Source: Amoebidium appalachense (taxonomy: Eukaryota; Protista; Ichthyosporea). From it: DNA of 64,000 bases. Both the position numbers and the translations under genes were made by a program. Positions 41,292-52,994 of the stretch are shown in pieces (position 1 is the stretch's first letter; each line of letters begins with the position of its first letter). The stretch spans positions 62,001-126,000 of the forward strand of contig CAVNZM010000005.1 in the NCBI GenBank assembly GCA_963693365.1. Reading direction: 5' to 3'. The notes beneath the pieces are model-generated. The model was not told the origin of the DNA, ran no database searches, and saw only the letters and a program-made list of their open reading frames with translations.

Positions 41292-41733
41292 TTCTTTCAG
41301 AAGTGTCCTTTCAGGACAGACCACTGTGTGGAGATCGCTTTACTTCCATGCAAACGGGCATGGTTGCTCTGTGTCGTGCATCTGTAAGCACATGCGCATT
41401 TTTCGCTGCAATGCGTTAGTTTGCACACAAATCTTCACCGTTTTGCTCACCTTGCTTGCATAAGCAACCCTGCTCGTCTTTGATCAAGACGGTTTGACCC
41501 TCCCAAGTTCAGTTGATGCTGCTGTCTGAGTTAGAGTGTCGTTTATACGCTGGCTAAGGGGTCGAAACTCATACGCAATTGATGACTTGGGCCCTCCCTG
41601 AGGATGGGCTCTGCTTATTGACGCATACTGTGCGCATGGCTGATGTTGCATACTTGAATGTTTGCCTTTGCATGTGTCCTGCACCATGCTTCTCGTCGTG
41701 TATGCGTACTTCGTACCATGTTCCGCATTCAAA
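41290..41733 (+). mobile_element. Poly(C)-associated retroposon, subfamily B, probable full-length unit (~445 bp)
   Basis: Starts TCTTCTTTCAG, the same start as two units in the 58-59 kb array. Preceded by a C tract and ends CATTCAAA-CCCC. Confidence 0.85.
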
Positions 41734-41813
41734 CCCCATCCCCCCCCTCCGAAACTTTAAAGCAAAAGAAAAAAGAGAAAAAGAAGCCTGGAAAGAAAAG
41801 AAAGGAAGAAAGA

Positions 41814-41883
<70 letters not shown>

Positions 41884-42127
41884 GTGTGTGTGTTGGGGGG
41901 GGGGGGGGGGGGGGGGGGGGACATTGCAGAGCCTTAAGCTGAACACATGACTTGGCATGCTTGGCACCCAAATATATCATCGGTCTTTGTGGTCTTGCAT
42001 TTACATATAGCCTTGACTGGTTTGGCCACTGGTGCCTATTGGGCCATGAACACAGTGGAAAGGGTGACGATTTCAGTGCAACACACAACAGCCTCAACGG
42101 TTCACCAGATACCATACATATGCAGCC

Positions 42128-42161
<34 letters not shown>

Positions 42162-42164
<3 letters not shown>

Positions 42165-42327
42165 ACGAATTCCGGGTCGACAAATTCTGGTACTATGAAT
42201 GACTTGGGCATCCCTTGATGTTGGGCTCTTCTGTTTACCTACTCTTTGCCCTTTTTTGTTGAAGACACACCATTAACCGTTGTTGTAATCCGGCAATGTG
42301 CACCCTTTTGTACGCCCTAACACAACC
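42162..42327 (+). mobile_element. Diverged relative of the poly(C)-associated retroposon
   Basis: After a long C tract: GGGTCGA..AAATTCTGGTACTATGAATGACTTGGGCATCCCTTGATGTTGGGCTC, which is collinear with the family core. The 3' end is approximate. Confidence 0.55.
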
Positions 42328-42539
42328 TCCCCCCCACCCTCCCCCCTCCTCCTCCTCCCCCCACACGCAACATGCACATGCACACTTGCAAATCACCACC
42401 ACCACACCTACTGTGCACAGACGCACACACATACATATCGTAGCACACATACACCACCACAGCACACACACACACACATATACATGTACACCGTGACACG
42501 CACACACACACACGCACACACACACACACGGACACACAC

Positions 42540-42586
<47 letters not shown>

Positions 42587-42631
42587 CACAAACACACACA
42601 CACACACACACGGACACACACATACACACAC

Positions 42632-42672
<41 letters not shown>

Positions 42673-42725
42673 GTCATCGGTGCTGCAAGGTCCTCCAGGA
42701 ATGTGTTTTTTTTTAAAAAAAAGGG

Positions 42726-42758
<33 letters not shown>

Positions 42759-43012
42759 CGCGGGCACACACACGCACCCACACGCACACACACGCACACA
42801 CACGCACGCACGCACACACACACACACGTACACACACACGTACCGTTAATATCAGATGTGCACATGTGCATGCACACGCATAAGTCTCTTACCCTACATG
42901 CATGTATGTGATATGCATATGCGCACACAGCGAAACAGATCCACAAAAGCACACACATAACATATGCATGCACACAGTGTCACACATACACACACACACA
43001 CAAACAATAAAA

Positions 43013-43047
<35 letters not shown>

Positions 43048-43214
43048 AATACACACACACACACACACACATGCACAGAGGTGCGCATATATGCACGTGC
43101 GTGGCCACGGGGTGCGGCATACCAGCACGTCTATTATTTATGCGTGGGCTGGATAGGTGCTGCCGGGAGCCTGAGCCTTGGGTCCCAACCTAAGCTTTAT
43201 CTGAGAATGTGTCA

Positions 43215-43415
43215 CTGTGGTTGGGCATGGTGGTGCATGATGTGTGGTTGGGCATGGTGGGCATGATGTGTGGTTGGGCATGGTGGGCATGATGTGTGGT
43301 TGGGCATGGTGGGGCATGATGTGTGGTTGGGCATGGTGGGCATGATCATGGTGTGGTAGGGAATGGTGGGGCATGATGTGTGGTTGGGCATGGTGGGGCA
43401 TGATGTGTGGTTCCA
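43215..43415. repeat. ~25-bp minisatellite (about 8 copies)
   Basis: GATGTGTGGTTGGGCATGGTGGGCAT repeated. Confidence 0.85.
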
Positions 43416-43978
43416 TTACGTAGAATGCTGGGCGTAGAATGCTGGGCGATACAATGTGCCCGTGTCTTTTCTGTCAGGTCAAGCTCAGGCCTCCTTCCGG
43501 CGTAGAGCTAGGGGGAAATACCTTCTATATATGGCCAAGGCTAGGGTGATTTGATTCGTAGATCAAACAGATTAGCCAATTTAGGCAGGCAAAAAACCCC
43601 TGATGACGTAGCAACCGGCGGCAACTCCTGTATCATACCACGGCAGCACTACATATCAGTGTTGTGTTTAGCGAAGTCAGGGACCAGCCCCCGAGTAACA
43701 CAACCTGCTGACGTCTTGCATGCTATAGCTGAACACCAGCCGGTAGTGAGGGGTGGTTGCATCTGCACGGCACACAGCACAGTGTTACATAGTGTGTCAA
43801 GTGGGGGCTGGCAGACTACAGCCATTGATTAATTCAATCGGATCAAAGGGTGACCGCAGCCTGCTGTGTCCCTATTCAAAGATTGCACCCGTCAGTACAG
43901 TTTAGTGTGGTTGTGTTACTACCTATCAGCTATACTTTTTTGTACCCCACACTTGGTTTCATCACAGCTACAGGCGAG

Positions 43979-44522
43979 ATGGGGGCAAACATGGGCGACA
44001 GGTTCGACCAGAGGGGCAGCGAGACCCTTCGGAGGACAAGAAAGCGGATCCAGGTATTGGGTGGTGGGGTCTGTGGTGGTGGTGGTGTTTGGTGGTGGTG
44101 ATGGTGACCGAGGCGGTTGTGAGTGTGGGGCTGGGGGTGATGGTGGTGAGTCGATGGTAGATCTGACTGACACGGCGATGCGTGTTGCTGGCGGTGAATT
44201 TTGTGATAGGAAGGGGGGATGGTCGTGGGATGGTGTGGTAGTGGTGTTAGTGACTGTTTGGTCGCTAATGGTGGTGGTGGTGGGGCAGTTTGTGGGTTAT
44301 TTTGGGGGGGGAAGCTCGAAGGGGGGAGGGGGGGGGGGGGGTGGGGGTGACAAGATCTCGAAGGCACAGTGAGTGGGCAGCACTTACCCATAACCTAAGA
44401 CAGACGCTGTAAGGTGTTGCTGTGGATATAGTGGTGTTGGGAGCCAACTTATCGGGTGTAGCGCAAAATATGCCTTTGAGGCTCCCCCCGCCTCCCCCCC
44501 TACCCCCCCCCCTCCTCCCCCC

Positions 44523-44567
<45 letters not shown>

Positions 44568-45204
44568 AAAGAAAGAAAGAAAAAAGAAGAAAAGAAAAGA
44601 AAAGAAAAGAAAAGAAAAGAAAAGAAAAGAAAAGAAAAGAAAAGAAAAGAAAAGAAAAAGAAAGAAAAAAAGAAAATGGAAACAAAACAAAAAATTAACA
44701 CGCATGCACGCACACACACACGCACGTACACACACAGACGCACCCACACACACTGTACTTCCTTCTTTCCTTTCCTGACCCCCCCCTCCCCCCCCCAACC
44801 CGGCCCCTTTCCTGCTGCCCTACCCTTATTGCCTGACCTGTATGCTCTTTGCTGTGCTGTTGGGTGCCTTTCCACTTGGCCGAGGCCACCACTAGGGCAC
44901 ATGCACACAGTGCCTGCACGGTTATGTTCTGTTCTCATACATGCACACCACGTGCCCTACCCTGTGCACACACGTGTATCTGCCTGTGTACGTGCATAGC
45001 CATTCATGCACAAGATGTATGCACCTAACACCGCAAAAATGGGCCTGTAAGAACCAACATCACGGTCTTCTGCCCTCCTCTGCTTCATGTCACCCAACCA
45101 ACCCCACCCATGCCAACAACAGAACCACTCTCTCGTTTCCTGCCTTACACATCATCCCTGCTGCTGCAACCTTAGAAGCTGCCAATTATTAAGTTAAAAC
45201 CACA

Positions 45205-45239
<35 letters not shown>

Positions 45240-45438
45240 GTACCATTCTGCATCGTGTTATCCGTTTGTTCTTGTGTACTTCGTACTTTTTGACGCATTC
45301 AAAAACCCCCCCTAAGTACCAAACAGTTATCGATCAAAACCCCAAGGTAATGAACACTTGTACATTCATAACTAACCCAGGCACTATTACCCTTTAACAA
45401 CTCCTCCCATCTCTCTCTCTCTCTCTCCTCCCCTCCCC

Positions 45439-45498
<60 letters not shown>

Positions 45499-46015
45499 AC
45501 GATGCTAACCCACCCTTTCAGCTGGAGTGGAACAAGCTGCGCATAGACCCCCTACCAAGAGTGCTGCTTAAACTGGTCGGTTGCTGCCCCTCCCCCGCCC
45601 CCACCTAGATCGCATGTACGAAAGGACAACACTTAAGCCCCTGCCCATGTGCAGGTACATGTGAACTACCCAAGGAAGCACCTCAGCACCCACACACACA
45701 TGCACAAGCAGACACACTGGCACCCCCTCACGTATGACATGCCTTCCTTCCTTTGGAGGCACCATACACCCCTTGCCTGCCAAATGCAGGGTACTCTGTG
45801 TGTTTGCTTGCTGTTTGCCCGTAAAATGGCTCTTTGTGGGTTTCCTTCATGACGCTGGGTGTGTCTTTTTTTCCGCCCTTCTCCCCCCCCGTCCCCCCCC
45901 CCCTCCCCTCCTCCCCTCCCCCCCCCCCCCCCCCCCCCCTCTTTTGGTTTCCATGCCCCCAACCTCAGTAAACCATTTGCTCCCCCCCCCCTCCCCCCTC
46001 CCCCCCCCCCCCCCC

Positions 46016-46048
<33 letters not shown>

Positions 46049-46671
46049 TTACCGTTTCTATATTCCAGACTCGTCATTGTACTATGGTCTACCCCCCCCC
46101 CCCCCCCCCCAAAGATTCACTTTTCACCCCATGCTCCAGTGGACCATGTTCTAACCCTGGCGCCAGGGCTCTCTATTTGGGTCCCTGTTGCTGCTGCTAG
46201 TGCTGTTCAATGCCCTGGGTGGTCACGTGATACAGCAACGTGGCGTCAGCCTGCGCCCAGCTAGCAAGGCAGTGAGCATTGTGGTGCCCACCTACAGAGA
46301 GAACGAGAACATACCAGTGCTGTGCCAGAGGGTCTTTGCAGGTATGGGGGGAGGGGAAGGGCGGGATGTTATTTTTTTGTTTGTTTGTTTTTTTGGGGGG
46401 GGGGGGGGGGTTGGTTCCCTTTCGGAAGGGCAGAGGGGGATAAGAAACAAAAGAACCAAATGTGGAATGTGGCGGTGGATTTGGGCGAGCTATAAAGGGG
46501 AGAGAAGGGGAGTGGTGGTGGTGGTGCGGGGGGGCACGGGAAAGGAGGGAGGGATCTAGAGAAGGATGGATAGTATGTGTGTGTGTGTGTGTGTTTGCGT
46601 GTGTGTGTGTGTGTGCGTGTGTGTGTGATGTGTGTGTGGTTGTTTGTGTGTGCGTGTCACGGCATGTGTGT

Positions 46672-46734
<63 letters not shown>

Positions 46735-46994
46735 CGTGCGCACGCGTGTGTGTGCAGTGTGTCTGTGTCTGTGTGTGCCTGTGTGCAGTGGGGGGGAGCG
46801 GTCACGCCGTCTTGCCAAGTGCACTCGCACACCCCTATATATTAAGGAGCATGGGTCTTACATGCACACCGACACATCATCCATAGCGCTGCAGGGGGAG
46901 GACATAGAGGCGGAGCTGATCATAGTGGACGACAACAGCCAGGACGGCAGTGTGGACACCGTGTTGGAGCTGCAGAGGACGTACAACGTCACGT

Positions 46995-47053
<59 letters not shown>

Positions 47054-47987
47054 CACGTGTGTAGGTGTGTGCCTGTGGCTGTGTGGCTGTGTGTCTGTCT
47101 GTGTGCGTCTCTTTTTCTCTCTCCACTGTTTGTGTATGTGTGTGTGTGTATGTGTGCGTGTGTATGTTCGGGCGTTTATGTGTGTGTGTATGCAGGTACC
47201 TTTGTAGGTGTATGCCTGTCTGTGTGTCGGTGTGTTCGTGTCTGTGTGTGGTGGACGTGTGTGTACGTCCGCGTGGCTACGTCAAGGAGGCTGGGGATGT
47301 GTTGTGTGTGTGTGTGGGATGGTGGCAGTTGGGTGTTGCGACATGCTGTCTTCATACACCTCTCTGTCTGTGTGTGGGCAAATGGGAATGGGGCAAAACA
47401 TGATGGTAAGGGGTGTATGCTGGTGTGTGCCTCTGTGGGTTGCTGGTTGACTGTGTGTGTGGCTGCCTGCCTGCACCAACACACTGCTACGTGCGCAATG
47501 AGCCAAGTGGCCCCAGAGACATGCCCCGGATAGGTGGATGTTTTGTTGACGTGGCATAAACCCCCACTCTAGTGTGTTGACGTGGTATACCCCCCCCCCC
47601 CCCCCACTCTAGTGTGTTGACGTGGCATAACCCCCCTCCCCCCCCCCCCACTCTAGTGTGTTGACGTGGCATAACCCCCCTCCCCCCCCACTCTAGTGTG
47701 TTGACGTGGCATAACCCCCCTCCCCCCCCCCACTCTAGTGTGTTGACGTGGCATAACCCCCCTCCCCCCCACTCTAGTGTGTTGACGTGGCATAAACCCC
47801 CACTCTAGTGTGTTGACGTGGCATAAACCCCCCCTCCACTCTAGTGTGTTGACGTTGCATAAACCCCCCCAGGATTGTGGTGCGCAAGAGAGAGAAGGGC
47901 CTGAGCTCAGCCGTCATCCATGGGTTTGGCCATCCCAAGCATGACGTCATGATGGTGGGGGCTACACACACACACACGCACACACAA

Positions 47988-48021
<34 letters not shown>

Positions 48022-48989
48022 ACGCACGCACGCACGCACGCACACGCACACGCACACGCACACGCACACGCACACGCACACGCACACGCACACGCATGCA
48101 CACGCACACGCACACGCACACGCACACGCACACGCACATGCACACAGACACACGCACACACACACACTTGTCTCCTGCTTCGTCTTGCCCTTTGGCACCC
48201 TCTATTTGGCCTCGTGGTGTGCACATCCACGTGCACAGGCACACAGCAATCATGCAAAGACATGCACAGCTGTATTATTACCAACTCATATGCACCCAAT
48301 CAGCCCTGGTCCATCCTTCCATATTAGGTGATATGCACCCAATTAGCAACGACTCATCCTTCCATATTAGGTGATCGATATGCACCCAATCAGCACTGAC
48401 CCATCCTTCCATATTAGGTAATGGATGCGGACCTGTCCCATCCCCCCGAGACCATCCCCAGCCTTCTTCAGCCGCTGTTCAGTGGGCAGGCAGACATGGT
48501 GGTGGCATCCAGGCACGTGCAGGGTGGGGGGGTACGTGCTGCCTGTACGTGTGCGTACGTGTGTCTGCCTGTACGTGTGCGTACGTGTGTCTGCCTGTAC
48601 GTGTGCGTACGTGTGTCTGCCTGTACGTGTGCGTACGTGTGTCTGCCTGCACGTCTTGGGGTGTGTAGGGACGCTGTGGCCATGGGATTGGTGGTGGGTG
48701 TGTCCGAAGGTATTAGCCGTGTATGCTCAGCAGTGGTAGAGAGGATCATGAGGGAAACCGGCGGACGGGCGGGCGGGAAAGGGGGGGGGGGGGGGGGAGG
48801 GGGGGGGGGCATGATCGTTATTTATTTCTTTTTTTTCTTTTTTGGGGGGCAAGGGGGGGAGGGGGGGGGGGGGGGTGAGGGGGGGAGGGGGGATGCAGAT
48901 GTGCCATGTGTTTGTGGTGTGTGTGTGTGGATGTGTGTGTGTGTGTGTGCCTGCACGTACGTGCGTGCCCCTATGCATAAGAGCGTGCA

Positions 48990-49052
<63 letters not shown>

Positions 49053-49440
49053 CTGTGTGAGTGTGCAGGTGTGTGGGACTGTGTGCGTACGTATTTCTCT
49101 CTCTCTCTCTGTCTTTCATTCTCTCTTCTCCCTCGCTTTCTCTCTCTCTGTGTGTGTGTGGATGTGTGTGTCTTATGTCTGTGTGTGTATGTATGAGCCC
49201 TGGTGTGTGTATGTATGAGCCCACGTTTTGCCTGTTGTTTAGTTAGACCGTGGGTCTTTATGTGTCCAAATTCGATACGTGTATATATACGGTGCAGCCC
49301 GTGTGTGCCTGTGCACTTGTTTGATTTATCTGTACTGGTGCATGTGGCATGTGTCTTTGTACATATCATCAGTGCGGCTGGTATTGCCGACAATGTGTCT
49401 GTGTGTCTCTGTTGGTGTGTGTGGGTTTGTGTTAGTGCAA

Positions 49441-49497
<57 letters not shown>

Positions 49498-51456
49498 TGT
49501 ACGTGTTTTTGTGTGCATGTGTGTGTTCGTGTGTATTCGTTTGTGGTGTGTGTGTGTGTGTGTGTGTGTGTTGAGGGTACCGTTGAGGTATGCCACATGT
49601 GTGTTCCCCCCCCCCCCCCCCCCCCTCTTTTTTTTTTTTTTTTTGTGTGTGTGTGTGTGTGTGTGCATGTGTGTGTGTGTGTATATATATTGTGTGTGTG
49701 TCGTGAGGAGGGTGCATGATCAACAGTGCCATGTAAGGTCACTATGGGCTATAATAGAGGGCTGCATGGGGCTAAGTGGCCACGTGCACTGGGGCACTGA
49801 CATGGTGCCGTGCAGACGCGTGATTGGCCGCTGGTCAGGCGCATCATCAGCTGGGGGGCCACCCTGCTGGCCTGGCCTGTGACGTCAGTCAGAGACCCCA
49901 TGAGTGGCTTCTTTGCCCTCACAAGGGACCTCTACGTGAGAGGTGCGTGCACGTGCGCATACATGCACACACACATGCACACGCACAGCACCTACCCACG
50001 TGCACACACACATGCACACACGCACAGCACCCACCTACGTGCACACACACATCCACACACACATGCACACACGCAGGCACACACACATGCACACGCGCAG
50101 CACCCACCCGCGTGCACAGGCACATGCAGACACGTGGCGCTGCACATGTATGCACAGCACTTTGATGCCCCGGCCCATGCACCAGACACCCATCATACCA
50201 ACTCAGATAAGCGTACACCGTCATTCATTCACCACGGCATGTTGCCTTATTCAACCCCAATACGCTTCATGCATCCACTCCAGGCATGCATGATCCCAAC
50301 CCAATACTACTCATACTGAATGAGCTTGAAAGAAGCACATAACGCCAGTTTAGGCATGCATGATCTCAATCCAATATAATCCATCCATCTATCCAGGCTT
50401 CATGATCTCAACCCAATCACACAAATCAATGCAGGCATGCATGATCCCAACCCAATCACACAACTCCAATCCAGGCATGCATGGTCTAAATCACATTACT
50501 CTATGCAGGCATGCATGATCTCAACCCAATCACACTACACCAATGCAGGCATGCATGATCTCAACCCAATGGGCTTCAAGATCGGGCTGGAGCTGTTAGT
50601 CAAGGCTAGACCACACCATGTGGTGGAGGTGCCCTTCATCTTTGTCGACAGGGTGCGTGCTCTCTGTGTGTTGTATGTGTTATCTGCACGTGCCATAAGA
50701 CACAGCCACACCAGCACGTGCAGATTGTGGCGGGTGGGGGTGTAGGGAGACAGTGTGCACGTGTGTGCATCCATCGTGCTTGTGGTGTAGTTGTGGGACA
50801 GGTTGGCAGAGAGAATGCACAGGAAGAGGCTTGGGGAGGGTATAAGGGGAACGTGATTTATATGCCATGCATATGGTATGTGGCACGTGATTTATGTTCC
50901 ATGGTATGTGGCACGTGATTTGTATGCCATGTGTAAACATGGTTGTGTAAATTGTCGGACAGGCTACGGGAGTCGCGCCCTGTAGTTAATCGCACTTACT
51001 GGCCAATTAAAATGGTTGGTCGGGAAGCAGCGGCGTTGTCCCACAATCGCACGGCGAACTGTCCCCTATAAACGGCGGCAGTATCAGCCAGATCCAATCA
51101 GTTGGGAACATGCCTGGACTCGAATCGAATCGATGAGTACCGAGAATAAGATCCCATCTCAAGATTGATCAGATCCCATACTGTAAATGCAATCTGCGCT
51201 GCCGCTATGATACACAACCAAGTTTTCACATGGTATGTGGCACGTGATTTATGTGCCATGGTATGTGGCACGCGATTATGCCATGGTATGTGGCACCTTG
51301 TGTATTTGTTCTGTCAGTTGCTGTGTACACCAGGCAACACCGCGTCCTACATTCATTCACAACCCTGCCCATCATTCGTTCCATCTTACATTCATTCGTT
51401 CCATCTTTCTAAAGCCCCCCACCATCCTACCCCCTCCCTCCCCTCCTTTCCAACCC

Positions 51457-51504
<48 letters not shown>

Positions 51505-51946
51505 AGGGTTTCGTTAACGAGGTGAATAGGTCGAAACTCGGGTACTGTAAATGACGTGGGCCCCCCCTGAGGATGGGCTCTGCTTATTATGCACACTCTT
51601 TATGTATGGCTTGCATTCTGCATCGTGTTATCCGTTTGTTCTTGTGTACTTCGTACTTTTTGACGCATTCAAACCCCCCCCCCCCCCCCCCCCCCCCCCG
51701 CCCTGCCCCTGCACTGCACACACCCCTTAGCATGCACGTCGTCTGATTGGCTGCATATCACAGGCGGCCGGCAGCAGCAAGCTCAAGCTCAAAACGCAGG
51801 TGGAGTATGTGCGGCAGGTGGTGCGGCTCTACTTGCACTGCTATCCAATCAGCTGTTTGCTGCTGGCTGTGTGTGGCCTGGCTGTGCTCATGGGCCTATT
51901 GCAGCACTGTAGGCATGGAAGGCCCACGGCCATACTGAAGATATGA
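43979..51946 (+). CDS. DPM1: Dolichol-phosphate mannosyltransferase-like GT2 glycosyltransferase, ~321 aa, 8 exons
   Basis: Exons 43979-44053, 46167-46341, 46887-46992, 47873-47954, 48418-48531, 49816-49942, 50549-50652 and 51764-51946 (966 nt, in phase). Motifs: [74 protein letters not shown], and a C-terminal hydrophobic segment. Confidence 0.88.
44570..44675. repeat. (GAAAA)n microsatellite
   Basis: Direct reading. Confidence 0.9.
45244..45305 (+). mobile_element. Poly(C)-associated retroposon, subfamily A, 60-bp 3' remnant with ~16-bp TSD
   Basis: CCCCCCCTAAGTACCA lies both before (45230-45245) and after (45306-45321) the remnant, which ends CATTC-AAAAA. Confidence 0.9.
47545..47872 (+). 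repeat. ~40-45-bp minisatellite (about 8 copies) ending at the DPM1 exon 4 acceptor
   Basis: CCACTCTAGTGTGTTGACGTGGCATAA(C)n repeated. Confidence 0.9.
48290..48420 (+). repeat. Triplicated 3' splice site before DPM1 exon 5
   Basis: TGCACCCAAT...CATCCTTCCATATTAG|GT occurs three times. Confidence 0.85.
48532..48655 (+). repeat. 26-bp minisatellite starting at the DPM1 exon 5 donor
   Basis: GTACGTGTGCGTACGTGTGTCTGCCT occurs about 4 times, each containing the donor hexamer GTACGT. Confidence 0.85.
50280..50570 (+). repeat. ~40-bp degenerate repeat copying the DPM1 exon 7 acceptor and exon start
   Basis: CAG|GCATGCATGATCTCAACCCAAT occurs about 7 times; only the last continues as MGFKIGLE. Confidence 0.85.
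50932..51228. mobile_element. ~297-bp MITE inserted in a 26-bp minisatellite
   Basis: Terminal IR TGTAAACATGGTTGTGTA / TACACAACCAAGTTTTCA, flanked by CATG on both sides. Removing it restores the unit GCCATGGTATGTGGCACGTGATTT. Confidence 0.7.
51506..51673 (+). mobile_element. Poly(C)-associated retroposon, subfamily A, 5'-truncated
   Basis: Lies between two long C tracts and ends GACGCATTCAAA. Confidence 0.88.
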
Positions 51947-52075
51947 GGTGCACGGGCACACAAATAGCCACGTGCACACAGATATAATCACGTGCACGCA
52001 TTTAGTAGATAGGCATTGGCTGGTGCCATCTAACTAGACAGTCAGCACGTGACCTGGCCCATGGCCTTCTAGTAC

Positions 52076-52244
52076 CTACCATGGGCCGTACAGTTCTCTC
52101 TGCAATTGCCTCACCTCCACCTCCAACTGCCGCCTCACCTCACTCATCGTGTGCTGGCCCTGTGTGTGCGTGTAGGTGTGAGGTGTGAGGGTGTGGTGCC
52201 CGGGCGCGGGGGTAGGGTTATCATTATTATTATCATTATTATTA

Positions 52245-52320
<76 letters not shown>

Positions 52321-52954
52321 TATCATTATTATTATTATCATTATTATTTGTGTGCGCGTGTGTGTGGGGAGAGGGGGGGGGAGGGGAGGGGGGAGGAGGG
52401 GGGGCTTAGTAAACAGCAGTATCCTAGCAGATGTAACAACATAATGTGCATACGGCAGTAGAGCAAGCATCACGGTGGTGCATAGAATAGCAACAATGCC
52501 CATGTACAGGTGGGGGTGGGGGCTGGCACCCGGCACCCTTAGGGACAGTTTCAAGTAAAATTTAAAATGGTGCATGGGCTGGCCCCAGGCAAGAAACAGT
52601 GAGGGGTGTGTGTTGGCGCCTGTGTGTGCAACTTGAAACCCTGGTTTAGGTGTAGTGCGCGGTCGGTGTGCGTGTGCTACGGGGGTATAAACTTTCTTCT
52701 TGATCTTGCATACACTTAATCCATACATGTATGCATGTGTGCATCCCGTGCCCCAGTGCATGCAGTGTGTGCACGAGGCCCTACATCTGCGCAAGCTTGC
52801 ACGTGCAAGCATACATGTGGCTGTGTGGCCCCACCTGTGGCGTGAGCAACTCTGCAGTGTCCATGTGCTCTGCCTGCCCTTCCAAGGCGCCCTCCTGAGC
52901 CAATCACATGTCAGCACGTGTATTGTTTCTCCCCTCCCCTGCCTCCCCCTGTAT

Positions 52955-52994
<40 letters not shown>

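Noticed and set aside
41523-41575. tRNA gene
   Set aside because: A/B-box-like strings are present, but there is no cloverleaf or anticodon arm; kept only as an alternative explanation for the retroposon core.
41525-41610. Hammerhead ribozyme (GAAA plus CTGAGGA)
   Set aside because: The order and pairing do not fit: CTGAGGA lies in a separate 3' hairpin outside the stem closed by GAAAC, and no CUGANGA precedes GAAA.
47545-47872. CRISPR-like repeat with spacers
   Set aside because: The spacers are just variable C runs, the context is a eukaryotic intron and there are no cas genes.
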